The translations under genes and the position numbers were made by a program. Below are positions 35,481 to 51,086 of a stretch of DNA of 64,000 nt, in pieces (the stretch's first letter is position 1; each line of letters opens with the position of its first letter). The notes beneath the pieces were generated by a model. That model worked only from the letters and a program-made list of their open reading frames with translations, was not told where the DNA came from and ran no database searches. Origin of the DNA: Opitutales bacterium (GTDB lineage: Bacteria > Verrucomicrobiota > Verrucomicrobiia > Opitutales > UBA2987); contig CBDDEL010000017.1 in NCBI GenBank assembly GCA_965226885.1, forward strand, positions 512,001 to 576,000, given 5' to 3'.

Positions 35481-37910
35481 GCTACAGTTGACAAGGGTAA
35501 AAGGCCGCCGTGTGCGGGTTGATTTCAAGGGCGGAGAGGTTACTTCGGATGCCGGACTGCTTTTGATCCGGGAAGTGGATCGGCAGTTGGGCTTGACCGA
35601 ACGAGCGGCCCGACAGTTAGTGGACAAACGGCAGAAGGGCAAAGTACGCCATGAGGTATTGGGGATGCTGCGGCAGCGCGTTTACGGGCTGGTGGCGGGC
35701 TATGAGGATTTGAACGACTTTGATACCCTGTTTGAACGACTTTGATACCCTGCGCCACGATCCATTGTTGCAAACGGTAACGGGGCGCATTGAAACGTTG
35801 GCCAGCGCGCCGACTTTGTGTCGTTTTGAAAACGGGCAGGATCGGCGGGCGGCCTTTGCGGTAAACGAGCTGTTGGTCGAACAGTTCATGGGCTCCTTTG
35901 CCGAGGAACCCGAAGAGATCATCCTGGACTTTGACGCCACCGACAATCCGGTGCACGGGCTCCAGGAGGGACGTTTTTTCCACGGTTATTATGATCATTA
36001 CTGTTTTCTGCCGCTATATGTTTTTTGCGGTGATCAGCTGCTGGTGGCCTACCTGCGGCCGAGCAAGATCGATGCCAGCAAGCATGCCGGGGCCATCCTC
36101 AAATTGCTGGTTAAACGGATTCGCCAAAGCTGGCCCCGTACGCGGATTATTTGGCGCGCCGACAGTGGATTTTGTCGAGACCGGATACTCTCTTGGTGCG
36201 ACCGCAACGAAGTTAGTTATTAATCCGGCAAATAAATAGTGACATATCAATAACTTATGCTAAAGTAGGTTCATGAATAGGAATGATGCGCGTTCACTAA
36301 GCGAAGAGACTATATATGAGCTGAGGTGTCGGGCGGTGGATCTGAAAAGAGAGGGTTGCACTTATGAAGAGGTTTCCGTGGTTTTAAAGGTATCGATCAG
36401 CGCTGTGCGCAAATGGTGGGCCCTTTACCGAAATGGAGGGCCAAAAGCCCTGCGGCTTGGACAACGGGGTCGTCGGCAGGGCCAATGTCGAAGATTGAGC
36501 TCCCAACAAGAGCGCATGGTGTGCCGAATGATTACCGATAAGAGACCCGACCAGCTTAAGATGCCCTTTGCCCTGTGGACGCGCCAAGCGGTGCAAGAGT
36601 TGATTGAAAGGCAGTTTGCTTTGAAGATGCCGATCCGCACGGTGGGCGAGTATCTTCGCCGTTGGGGTTTCACTCCACAAAAACCTCGAAGACAAGCCTA
36701 TGAGCAGCAGCCTGAGGCGATTAAGAAGTGGCTTGATCAAACTTACCCGGCCATCGAAGCCAGAGCCAAAGCGCAACAGGCCCAAATCCACTGGGGAGAT
36801 GAAACCGGCATCAGTAGCGAAGATCATCGGGGAAGAGGTTATGCTCCGCGCGGTAAAACGCCAGTTGCCAAACGCAGTGCGCGTCGTTTTAGCACGAGCA
36901 TGATCTCGACTATAACCAACCGTGGAAAGCTGCGTTTCATGGTTTACAAGGGAGCCTTGAATGTGGAACTGTTTATCAAATTTCTGCGCCAGTTAATCAA
37001 AGGAGCCAAACGGAAAATCTTTCTCATTGTGGACAATCTGAGAGTGCATCATGCTAAAAAAGTAACCGGTTGGATTGAAGCCCACCGCGATAGGATCGGG
37101 ATTTTTTATCTACCATCTTACAGTCCCGAATTGAACCCCGATGAGTATTTGAATAACACGGTCAAAGCCAACTTGAAGAACCTGCCGGCCCCGCGCAGCC
37201 AAATTGAGTTGCAGGGAAGTCTGCGAACCCACCTGCGCAGCAGGCAACGAAAACCAATTTTGATTAAAAAACTCTTCCATCATCGGGATGTTCAATACGC
37301 CGCTTAACTGTTACTATTCAATTGCCGGATTAATACATCGTGGGGATGGCTCGCAATGCACGCTTGCAGCAAGACGCCCAGCAGTTGCAAAAGCAGGCCA
37401 AAGAATGGTTCGAACTAAGGGGTAAAAAACAACGGTTATTCCAGGACTTCGTCTATGCTGCCGATTCGTGGCGATGGCTGCGGTTGGTCATCCATAAAGC
37501 CGAACACACCGCACAGGGGTCCAACCCGCGCTTCGTGGTGACGAACCTGCCGGGCGATCCCCAGGAGCTTTACGACAAGGTATACTGTGGCCGCGGTGAA
37601 ATGGAGAACCGAATCAAGGAACAGATGCAATTGTTCAGCGAGCGCACCAGCGCCCATCAATGGTGGGCCAATCAGTGGCGATTGCTCTTGTCGGCGCTGG
37701 CCTACACCTTGATGGAAGCCATGCGCCGGTTAGCCTTAAAAGGGACGAAGTGGGCGCGGGCCCAATGCCACACCCTGCGGCTCAAATTAATCAAGATCGG
37801 AGCGGTCATCGTGCGCAACACCCGAACGATTCACTTTCACCTAAGTGAGAGTTATCCTTGGGCCAGTCTTTTCAACCATGCGGCCCGCCGATTGGTGCCA
37901 ACCTAAAGGG
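35481..37910 (+). mobile_element. IS1380-family copy B, lacking both ends, frameshifted and interrupted by IS630
   Basis: Near-identical to copy A from GCTACAGTTG to CCTAAAGGG; 22-bp duplication 35709-35752. Confidence 0.93.
36220..37333 (+). mobile_element. IS630-family element
   Basis: IRs TTAATCCGGCAA / TTGCCGGATTAA; TA duplication; single 344-aa transposase 36273-37307 (WGDET, VDNLRVH, PSYSPELNPDE). Confidence 0.95.
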
Positions 37911-39238
37911 TGATGTGCACTGGAAAAAGTGGACACGAGATTCTCCTAAATGGAGAATCGAAGCATGGGAAGAAGACGCTTTAGTATAGAGTTCAAAAAT
38001 GAGGCAGTTCAACTGATGATACTCGATGGTCTGAGCGCCACCGAGGTATCGACCAAACTTGGGGTCAACACCAACCAATTGTATAGGTGGAAGAGGCTCT
38101 ATCTGGACGATCAGCAGGGCGAAGCCACCTCAAAGCGACAGAGCAGTCCGAAGGAGATGGCGGCCGAGATAGATCGTCTTCGCAAAGAGCTGCGCCGCTC
38201 GGAGCGGATCAACCAGATACTAAAAAAAACGGTGGGCTACTTTGCCAAGGACGAACAATGAAGTACCAGTTTGTCAAAGACAACGAGGGGCGCTTCAAGA
38301 TCGAGGAAATATGCTCGGCGATGGGGATTTGTCGCAGTGGCTATTACTGCTGGAGGCACCGAGCGCCCTCGGCCCGGCGGATCGAGGACGAGGGAATCAA
38401 GGGGGCGATCCTGAAGGTACACAAAGAGGCCAAGGGCCGCTATGGGCATCGGCCAATGCACCGCCATCTGAAGGATGATGAGGGCATCGATTGCGGCCGT
38501 GACCGGGCTCTGCGTCTGATGCGTGAAATGGGAATCAAAAGCACCCAGAGTAAACGCTTTAAGCCATTAAAAACCAACAGTAACCATCCCTATGGTTACA
38601 GCCCCAATGTGCTTAAAAAGCATGGCCAGCCGACCCATATCGACGAGGTCTGGGTGGCGGACACGACCTACCTACGGACCCTGGCCGGTTGGATGTACTT
38701 GGCCACGGTGATGGACCTGTTCAGCCGACGCCTGCTGGGCTGGAGCGTTTCCAACCACAACGACGCGAAGCTGGTTGGCAAGGCCCTCAAAGCCGCGGCC
38801 ATGACCCGCGGCACACTGCGCACCGGGATTATTCATCACAGCGATCGGGGCAGCCCCTACGCCAGCGACGACTATCAGAGGCTGGTCTCTGAACTAGGCA
38901 TGAAGCCGAGCATGAGCGGCCAAGGCAACTGCTACGACAACGCGGCCATGGAATCGTTCTACGGCCGCTTCAAGACCAGCACGATTCGAGGCCGCCACTT
39001 TGCCGACGAGCGCGAACTGCGATCAACTGTCTTCGAATACGTGGAAATCTTCTACAACCGATATCGCAAACATTCCTCTCTGAGTTACCAAAGCCCAGTC
39101 CAATTCGAGGAAAATATTTGCCCCCCATGGGGGGCAACGAGAAAACAAAACCCTTTACCAAAACAAGCCGCCTGACACACTAATCAATAAACAATGAATA
39201 TAAGAGAATCCCGTGTCCAACAAATCCAGTGCACATCA
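37911..39238 (+). mobile_element. IS3-family element, copy 5 (no TSD, chimeric right end)
   Basis: Right tip reads CCAGTGCACATCA (the IRL tip) instead of CCAGTACACGTCA; flanks AGGG / TTCG. Confidence 0.96.
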
Positions 39239-39586
39239 TTCGCGTTTTACCCAGGCATCGAAACTAAAATCAATATCGCCAAACTGCAACAGTGACTCGC
39301 TTACCCTCGACAACCACTCCGTATTGCCAATTTCAATATCCGCCGCCAGACCATACACCTTGCCTGTTGCGCTAGGCACCGTGTCGTTGTCCGTAAGGGT
39401 CAAACCATTGGTATGACTATCAGCCCTGTTTCCACTGGACTCATCCAGCTTCCAATGGGCAATCAAGTTGTTAAGCAACCCATTACCAACACTTTCTTCC
39501 ACGGCTTTCTTCCTTCTCAGAAACCCCATCCCATAATGGGGTGAAGAAACCGGAATAACCGTTCGACTGGCAAGACCTCCAAGCAT
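39236..39586 (-). pseudogene. LamG/concanavalin-like phage-associated protein, truncated by IS3
   Basis: LIAHWKLDESSG...DFSFDAWVK starts a LamG-like domain; the stop is supplied by the IS end. Confidence 0.65.
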
Positions 39587-39588
39587 GA

Positions 39589-40008
39589 TTAGAAATCCTC
39601 TCCCAGGGCCACTGCGTAAAGTGTTTTAGCGGCCGTAACCGCCGCCAATGCCGCAACTTTAAGAGAGTGCCCCGTTTTCAACATAATATACGGATTTCCC
39701 GCGCTATCTATAGGCAAGTGAGGCAAATCTGTTGCGTTCATCCCATTCACTCCGGGTATGCTCGCCGCAAACCCAGATGTAATAGGGACATTGACGATTC
39801 CAATAACGGTATCGTTGCTTCCATCGTTAAGGATAACCTGCACATTGACGGCTGCGCTGTCATCGGTAGTCAGCGCAATGCCCGTTATTTTCGTATCGTC
39901 GGCGCCAGCCGAAATGAGTGATTTTGCCGTTGTGCCATCCGCGTTGACAATCGTCGCCCGTGCGATGTTGGCATTTTGTGTAAATACAGCTTCGTTAGTT
40001 TTAGCCAT
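39589..40008 (-). CDS. Hypothetical phage-associated protein
   Basis: 139-aa ORF tightly packed in a tail-fibre-like gene run; Ala/Thr-rich beta-type composition. Confidence 0.6.
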   Translation of the reverse strand: MAKTNEAVFTQNANIARATIVNADGTTAKSLISAGADDTKITGIALTTDDSAAVNVQVILNDGSNDTVIGIVNVPITSGFAASIPGVNGMNATDLPHLPIDSAGNPYIMLKTGHSLKVAALAAVTAAKTLYAVALGEDF

Positions 40009-40015
40009 GATTTTT

Positions 40016-41821
40016 CTATATTGCTCCAGTTAGTGTTAAATGATAAGCAGACCGTAGCTTTCGGCCTTGGGCCGCGGTTAATTCCGTCCCCTGGGCAGTG
40101 ATCGCCTGCGCCACCCGCAGTGCCGTCCAGATCCGTTCATCGGTGGCCGTGCCCGCTTCCGCATCCGCCTGCGAGACCACCGCAGGATTTACCTCCGCGC
40201 CCGTCGCAATGCCGTCCAGTTTGGTTATCTGCGTAGCGGTTGCTAAACCCTTTTGAGCCGCCGTCGCGTCCTGAATGTCGGTAGTGTATAAAAAAAGAAT
40301 GTTATTTTGTATTTTTAGCTGTACAAATAGCGTTAGGCAGTTTATTCTTAGTGCATGGTTACTAAAATTATTAATTGGCGGCACTGTGGAAGTGAAAATA
40401 TCATTAAATTTGGCAAGACGCCCAACCATAAACAGCGCTACCGCTGCCATGATTGTGGTAAACAAAGCCGCGAAAACCCCACAGTGAAATACACCGAAGA
40501 GCAAAAAGAAATGATCCTTCGAGTCTATCAGGAACGCAGCAGTCTACGCGGTTTACAGCGCGCCTTCGGGGTGAGTCCCAACACCGGTTTGAGTTGGTTA
40601 AAAAAAACGACAATCGCTGCGACCGCTCAAAAGCACGATTCTTGCGGCCCGCCGCCATGATGTCATTGAACTGGACGAACTGTGGTCTTTTGTGGGGCGC
40701 AAGAGCGATGCCCAATGGGTTTGGATCGCTCTTTGCCGACGCACCCGTCAAATCCTCTCCTATGCCATTGGGCCTCGGGATTGGTATCGTTGCCGGGAAC
40801 TTTACGAGCGTCTGCCACGGGCCTACAAAAGATGTGCCACCTACAGCGACTTTTGGAGCACTTATGATGAAGTCTTTCCTCATAACCGATCCGTGGGAAA
40901 AGAAACCGGTGAAACGGCCCATGTGGAACGATGGAACAATACCCTGCGCCAACGACTGGGTCGTTTCACACGCAAAACCCTCTCCTTTTCCAAGCTTAAG
41001 AGTATGCATGAAACCTGTCTGAGACTTCTCATTCATCAATATAATCAAGAATTAGCCACCATTCCTACTTAATACACTACCTGAATGTCATCCGATCCAT
41101 CGGTATGGCTGGCGGCATGGGCGCTCGGCGCAAAAGCCGGGATGACGGCCACATCCAAATCCCCACTACCATCCAGCACGGGAATATCACCCGCCGAAGT
41201 CCCCGTATTCAGGGTTGCCGCCGTGCCCAGCCCCAGGTTCGTCCGAGCCGTGGCTGCGCTACCCAGATCGGACAGGTTTAAGGCTGCCTGGGCATAACGC
41301 GCATCGCTCTCAGCCGCCGTATAATAAACCTCCTGCGGCGGTGAAGGCGTCGTTGACAACCCCACCCCGTCCTCGGCCGCCACGATAGGGCCAGCCGCCA
41401 GGTTGATTGACCTGCCGGGTGAGTCACTCGTCGTCGCCCATAAACCCAACCACAAATTACCCGCTGCCACATTGGCCTCAGCGCCCGTAAAAGCGATAAC
41501 CCCATGCTGGTCGCTGCCAGCATTCCAGTCATCCAGGACAAGCCCGTTATTAAGCGCCCCGGAACTGATCGTTTTCGACATCAAGGCGGTATCGGCCGGG
41601 TCCGGCGGAGCCCCGTTTGCCCCCTCCGCCTTAATCTCCAGCGTTAAACTGGCAAAGTTCGATACCTCCATCAAGACGCCGTTGTTAAAAACCGCTATCT
41701 CGAATTGCAAGTCGTTCCCCCGCCAGAAAACCGGGGTAGCATTACTCTGTAAATCGCGCGGCCCGTCAAAACGGGCGGCGTCCCCCGCGATGCGAATTCT
41801 CTGTCGTGCCAGTGTCGTCAT
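40016..41821 (-). pseudogene. Phage tail-fibre-like protein interrupted by IS1
   Basis: NLSDL..AATARTNLGLG, HAASH.DGSD, TKLDGIA.GA, SQADAEAGT fibre-type motifs; removing the IS1 restores DDIQDATAAQKG. Confidence 0.72.
40280..41081 (+). mobile_element. IS1-family element type 1, copy B
   Basis: Near-identical to 27002-27803; 8-bp TSD TGAATGTC; first zinc-ribbon Cys changed to Trp. Confidence 0.95.
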
Positions 41822-41917
41822 AATAAATTCAATTTTAAGATTTATTCGTAAGTTAAATTAAATTTTATCAATACAATCAGTGTTTAAAAAAATCCCCCAT
41901 CCAGCATCTTGCATCCA

Positions 41918-42388
41918 TCATCCCAGGTCGGTTAATGCAGGCAAAGTGCCCGAAGTAATAAACGTTAACTCGAACTCGTTGCGATTGCCCTCGTCCAGAT
42001 CTTGATCGACATCCCACGGGCTCGTTGCATCCAAAGCCAGCGCTGTCTCTATCTCCGGCAGCAATGGCGTCCACTGGTGCAATTGCCGCGAGACAATCTC
42101 CGCCAAACCCAATGCGCTTTGCCCCGACTCATTGACCAGAACATTCTCCACAATGCGCACTGGCACCTCGATTTCCGAAAAAGACAACCCCGGCGTGGCC
42201 ACCGCCACCTTCGAAGGCAGCGGCGGCAAAACAACCACGCAAATCCCCAAACCGGTAGTCACATTCTCCTCCAGCCGGCTCTCGAAATCGCTCGCCTGCC
42301 TCAGCAAAAGCGGAATCCCCCGCAGCTCAAGCTTGCGATTCAAACGATCCGCCACCGCCGCCTGTAAAGTCGTAAAAAACAAATTCAT
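41918..42388 (-). CDS. Hypothetical phage protein, possible tail terminator/neck component
   Basis: 156 aa directly downstream of a gp36-like gene; size and position fit tail-completion proteins (inference). Confidence 0.45.
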   Translation of the reverse strand: MNLFFTTLQAAVADRLNRKLELRGIPLLLRQASDFESRLEENVTTGLGICVVVLPPLPSKVAVATPGLSFSEIEVPVRIVENVLVNESGQSALGLAEIVSRQLHQWTPLLPEIETALALDATSPWDVDQDLDEGNRNEFELTFITSGTLPALTDLG

Positions 42389-42503
42389 AATATCACCTAC
42401 AAAGAGTCGTTAATTGATTTTCAAATATTAATTCCAATGTTTTATGAAACAGGAAACTATCCCAATAAATTCATGTTTAAAAATTTCCCAATCCAGCATC
42501 CAG

Positions 42504-42892
42504 TCAAAGCCCTCGCAAACTTTTCCCACTCAATGGATTGCTCCGTGAGGCCACCACCTCGATTCGCCGCCCCTCTGCTCCGTGGGTGGCTCCTGCGGAT
42601 TATCCGGCGCGCTCACCGGCACCTCGCAACGGGCGATGCGCTGAAGATAGCTCCGCGCATGATCGGCCGCCCACTTCTGCCCCTCGGACAGTTTTAAGCC
42701 CGGCAGTCGCGTCTGCGCGGCCTTCACGATAAGGGCGATAGCCGTGCTCTTCAGCTCCGGCGGAAGGGCCCCCTCGGTGGCGCTCACCCGGTTGCTCGGG
42801 CAGCCCCGAATCTCCGTCCGGATGGCATCGACCTGCGCCGCAGCCAAATAATCATTCAAATCAACAGGTAATAAGGTAATCCAAGCAGTCAT
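42504..42892 (-). pseudogene. Mu gp36-like (DUF1320-type) head-tail connector, frameshifted
   Basis: MTAWI..., LPPELKS.AIALI, A.SYLQRIA; the tail IEVVASRSNPLSGKSLRGL* is in a shifted frame from about 42563. Confidence 0.55.
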
Positions 42893-43263
42893 GTCGGAGC
42901 CACCATAACATAAAATCCAAAAACATGCAATGGATAGGTTGGCTCCGTTTGATGCGTTTGATTAAACTTCAATATTTCACGTATTTTTTCTCAAAAAACA
43001 CCAAATTCCCTCCAAAAAAACCTGTTTTTTATTAAAAAACCGCAAAATTCACAAAAAAAAAGGCATTACGTCCACAAACGTAAGTAAAAAAGCGCCTTCC
43101 GCCCATTACATAACCAATTACCCTAGCCTAACCAGAGTTTCCGTGATATAAATACGCTGCATCCAGCATCCCTCTTCCGGCTTGTCTTTGTTTACCCAAC
43201 AGCTATTTTGGATTCCTCTAAATGGCAAAAGCTGGGTGACAAATAGATTAAGGAGGATGGTTT

Positions 43264-46089
<2,826 letters not shown>

Positions 46090-46144
46090 GACTAAGTGGG
46101 TCGGTTGAAAAACCAGGTTTGTTAAAAAAATAGCACAGATCGCT

Positions 46145-48391
46145 ATGAATATAATCATAGACTCCAAAGAACTGAAAAGACTTCTTTCCACAACGCCGGA
46201 TTTAATAATCATCGATGTGCGCCTTGCCTCCGACTTTGAAAATGCCCATTTACCGGGAGCGCTCAACAATTGCGTTTATGAAATGGCATTTGCCGAACGC
46301 CTTTCGGCAATCGCTCCGGAAAAAAATAGACCCCTATGTGTTTACGGAGCAGGCCCAAAATGATGTGCACTGGAAAAAGTGGACACGAGATTCTCCTAAA
46401 TGGAGAATCGAAGCATGGGAAGAAGACGCTTTAGTATAGAGTTCAAAAATGAGGCAGTTCAACTGATGATACTCGATGGTCTGAGCGCCACCGAGGTATC
46501 GACCAAACTTGGGGTCAACACCAACCAATTGTATAGGTGGAAGAGGCTCTATCTGGACGATCAGCAGGGCGAAGCCACCTCAAAGCGACAGAGCAGTCCG
46601 AAGGAGATGGCGGCCGAGATAGATCGTCTTCGCAAAGAGCTGCGCCGCTCGGAGCGGATCAACCAGATACTAAAAAAAACGGTGGGCTACTTTGCCAAGG
46701 ACGAACAATGAAGTACCAGTTTGTCAAAGACAACGAGGGGCGCTTCAAGATCGAGGAAATATGCTCGGCGATGGGGATTTGTCGCAGTGGCTATTACTGC
46801 TGGAGGCCCCGAGCGCCCTCGGCCCGGCGGATCGAGGACGAGGGAATCAAGGGGGCGATTCTGAAGGTACACAAAGAGGCCAAGGGCCGCTATGGGCATC
46901 GGCCAATGCACCGCCATCTGAAGGATGATGAGGGCATCGATTGCGGCCGTGACCGGGCTCTGCGTCTGATGCGTGAAATGGGAATCAAAAGCACCCAGAG
47001 TAAACGCTTTAAGCCATTAAAAACCAACAGTAACCATCCCTATGGTTACAGCCCCAATGTGCTTAAAAAGCATGGCCAGCCGACCCATATCGACGAGGTC
47101 TGGGTGGCGGACACGACCTACCTACGGACCCTGGCCGGTTGGATGTACTTGGCCACGGTGATGGACCTGTTCAGCCGACGCCTGCTGGGCTGGAGCGTTT
47201 CCAACCACAACGACGCGAAGCTGGTTGGCAAGGCCCTCAAAGCCGCGGCCATGACCCGCGGCACACTGCGCACCGGGATTATTCATCACAGCGATCGGGG
47301 CAGCCCCTACGCCAGCGACGACTATCAGAGGCTGGTCTCTGAACTAGGCATGAAGCCGAGCATGAGCGCCCAAGGCAACTGCTACGACAACGCGGCCATG
47401 GAATCGTTCTACGGCCGCTTCAAGACCAGCACGATTCGAGGCCGCCACTTTGCCGACGAGCGCGAACTGCGATCAACTGTCTTCGAATACGTGGAAATCT
47501 TCTACAACCGATATCGCAAACATTCCTCTCTGAGTTACCAAAGCCCAGTCCAATTCGAGGAAAATATTTGCCCCCCATGGGGGGCAACGAGAAAACAAAA
47601 CCCTTTACCAAAACAAGCCGCCTGACACACTAATCAACAAACAATGAATATAAGAGAATCCCGTGTCCAACAAATCCAGTACACGTCAAAAAGCTTTGAA
47701 TCCAGAATGGCCGCGGAAAAGCTCCACCGGGCTGGTTACACCGCAGTCTATGACCTTCAAGCGGGCCTCGAGTCCTGAGTCCTGGAAGAAAGAAGGATTA
47801 AGCATCGAAAAAATCAAAACTCCGCCTTCCTCTGGCCAACCGCCGCCTCCTCTTCAAGGCAAACGTCCCATCGATCTGATCATTAGCAAAATTGAGTGGG
47901 TCGGCAGGAATTTAGCCAGCAAACACCACGGCACGCTTAATTTTCAATCCGGTTTCATGAATTTTCAGGATGGAAACCCGATCGGCGGTTCCCTCGTCAT
48001 CGACATGAACTCCATCACCAATCAAAACCTGGCAGAACAAGAAGGGCGAAAAATCCTCGAAGAACACCTCAAGAGCGATGACTTTTTCGACGTGCGGAAA
48101 TACCCACACGCCAGCCTCCAATTAAAATCACTCGCACCCATCGAAAATACCACCAACGGCATGCCCAACTTCAAAATCACCGCACAACTGACCCTCAAAG
48201 GAATTGCCAACAGCCTGGAATTCATAGCCACAGCCCGGATCAATGAAAATGGACAATGGGTTGCCCAAGCCAATTTCGATTTTGACCGAACCCAATGGAA
48301 TATCATCTACGGCTCCGGAAAATTCTTCCAAAACCTCGGCATGCACCTCGTCAACGACCTCATCTCCCTGCAAATCAAAATTGTAGCATGA
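46145..48391 (+). pseudogene. Rhodanese-YceI fusion protein, interrupted by IS3 and a 7-bp duplication
   Basis: IIDVR...HLPGA N-terminus; after the IS, SFESRMAAEKLHRAGY...GLESW; YceI domain (HLKSDDFFDV, FDRTQW). Confidence 0.88.
46361..47688 (+). mobile_element. IS3-family element, copy 6
   Basis: Same element in an A-run; a 3-bp TSD AAA restores the host frame. Confidence 0.97.
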
Positions 48392-50823
48392 ATGACGCTC
48401 CGAAATTCCGCAGTGACGCCAAAATCAAATGGTACCGTAGCAAGGTTGACCCAACCTTGATGAGCGAGCTCTTGCAGAAAAACGACTTTCAAGGATTCCG
48501 CCATTCGCTGGGGCACCTGGCCCTCTTCTTCACCACTGGCATGCTGGCTTACTTTACCTTCCGCCAGATCCATGTGAGCAACTGGATATGGACCGTGCCC
48601 CTGCTACTCTTGGCATTATTTATTCACGGAACATTCACCACCTTCCTGGGCGGCCACACCTGCCATGAACTCGGCCATCGGACACCTTTCAAAACCAAGG
48701 CCTGGAACGACTTCTTTTTAAAGATTTTCGCCTTCATAGGCTGGTGGGACTACGTCTGGTTCCGTCCCAGCCTGACGTGTACTGGATTTGTTGGACACGG
48801 GATTCTCTTATATTCATTGTTTATTGATTAGTGTGTCAGGCGGCTTGTTTTGGTAAAGGGTTTTGTTTTCTCGTTGCCCCCCATGGGGGGCAAATATTTT
48901 CCTCGAATTGGACTGGGCTTTGGTAACTCAGAGAGGAATGTTTGCGATATCGGTTGTAGAAGATTTCCACGTATTCGAAGACAGTTGATCGCAGTTCGCG
49001 CTCGTCGGCAAAGTGGCGGCCTCGAATCGTGCTGGTCTTGAAGCGGCCGTAGAACGATTCCATGGCCGCGTTGTCGTAGCAGTTGCCTTGGGCGCTCATG
49101 CTCGGCTTCATGCCTAGTTCAGAGACCAGCCTCTGATAGTCGTCGCTGGCGTAGGGGCTGCCCCGATCGCTGTGATGAATAATCCCGGTGCGCAGTGTGC
49201 CGCGGGTCATGGCCGCGGCTTTGAGGGCCTTGCCAACCAGCTTCGCGTCGTTGTGGTTGGAAACGCTCCAGCCCAGCAGGCGTCGGCTGAACAGGTCCAT
49301 CACCGTGGCCAAGTACATCCAACCGGCCAGGGTCCGTAGGTAGGTCGTGTCCGCCACCCAGACCTCGTCGATATGGGTCGGCTGGCCATGCTTTTTAAGC
49401 ACATTGGGGCTGTAACCATAGGGATGGTTACTGTTGGTTTTTAATGGCTTAAAGCGTTTACTCTGGGTGCTTTTGATTCCCATTTCACGCATCAGACGCA
49501 GAGCCCGGTCACGGCCGCAATCGATGCCCTCATCATCCTTCAGATGGCGGTGCATTGGCCGATGCCCATAGCGGCCCTTGGCCTCTTTGTGTACCTTCAG
49601 GATCGCCCCCTTGATTCCCTCGTCCTCGATCCGCCGGGCCGAGGGCGCTCGGGGCCTCCAGCAGTAATAGCCACTGCGACAAATCCCCATCGCCGAGCAT
49701 ATTTCCTCGATCTTGAAGCGCCCCTCGTTGTCTTTGACAAACTGGTACTTCATTGTTCGTCCTTGGCAAAGTAGCCCACCGTTTTTTTTAGTATCTGGTT
49801 GATCCGCTCCGAGCGGCGCAGCTCTTTGCGAAGACGATCTATCTCGGCCGCCATCTCCTTCGGACTGCTCTGTCGCTTTGAGGTGGCTTCGCCCTGCTGA
49901 TCGTCCAGATAGAGCCTCTTCCACCTATACAATTGGTTGGTGTTGACCCCAAGTTTGGTCGATACCTCGGTGGCGCTCAGACCATCGAGTATCATCAGTT
50001 GAACTGCCTCATTTTTGAACTCTATACTAAAGCGTCTTCTTCCCATGCTTCGATTCTCCATTTAGGAGAATCTCGTGTCCACTTTTTCCAGTGCACATCA
50101 AGCCACATCAAACACCATCAACTCACCGTCCATCACGATTACGACGGCGAGGTTGTCCTCCCATTAAAGTTCAGTTTAAAGGACTGGAAGTTCTGGCTCA
50201 CCCTGTTTGCCTGGAATCCATTGGATACATGGAACACCTTGAAACTCTACTACAAACGTGCAACCGGCCGAATGGACAACGAGTGGTACGAATTCCTGAT
50301 ACCCGAAAATAACCGGAAACTGCGGTATGAACATCGGGACTGGGCGCGGTTCACCCTGATCGGCCATGCCGCCCTCGCCACGCTTTTCATCGCCACCGGA
50401 CACTGGTTCCTGATCGTGGTGTTCACTTTCGGAAAACATTACTGCAATTGGCTTAGTTTTATGTGTGGTATGCCCCAACATATCGGTCTCCCTCCCAATA
50501 CGCCAGATTTTCGGCTTTGCTGCCGGACATTCACCTGTTCATGGTTCCCGGCCTTCCTCTACTGGAACATGCAGTACCACATCGAACATCACATGTTCCC
50601 CGCGGTTCCTTTCTTCAACCTGCCAAAGCTGCGTGAGGCCATTGCCCACGACCTCCCCCCCGCGCCTCACGGTTTGTTCGCCACCTGGAAGGAGATTCTC
50701 GTGATCCATCGTCAGCAGATCACCGATCCCGACTATGTTTTCGTGCCCAATTTGCCCCAATCCAAAGGCGATCAAGTTCAGGACGAAGTGCTCGAACGCG
50801 AAGCGGCGCACTCCCTCGACTAA
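48388..50823 (+). pseudogene. Membrane fatty acid desaturase-family protein interrupted by IS3
   Basis: His boxes HELGH, HIKHH (split by the IS) and YHIEHH; ATGA overlap with the upstream gene. Confidence 0.9.
48773..50100 (-). mobile_element. IS3-family element, copy 7
   Basis: Same element; 4-bp TSD AGCC. Confidence 0.97.
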
Positions 50824-50960
50824 ACCAAAACGGCAAACCACAATCAAAAGACCTCAATGTTCATAATACATATTTATCGGGGACAATAACGTTTTCTAAC
50901 CTGTCAATTCGTCGTAAATCCCAATTTTTCACCTCAATAGGTAAATAAAAAACACTTACC

Positions 50961-51035
50961 ACCTACCCCGGACACTATACCAACGCGAATACCAACGCGA
51001 ACACCACCGCAGGAGTCCTCACTCTCCACAAACTT
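50961..51035 (+). repeat. Degenerate copy of the sucA 3' segment 45979-46041
   Basis: After removing a 12-bp duplication it translates TYPGHYTNANTTAGVLTLHKL versus sucA TYAGRDASASTAVGVLTLHKL. Confidence 0.75.
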
Positions 51036-51086
51036 ATTCCCCTTGTCCTGCCGCTACTACGACCTCGGCATTCGCCATACCATTAG

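Noticed and set aside
34153..39238. Composite transposon bounded by inverted IS3 copies
   Set aside because: Outer flanks CGTC and TTCG are not a target duplication, and the cargo is only IS debris
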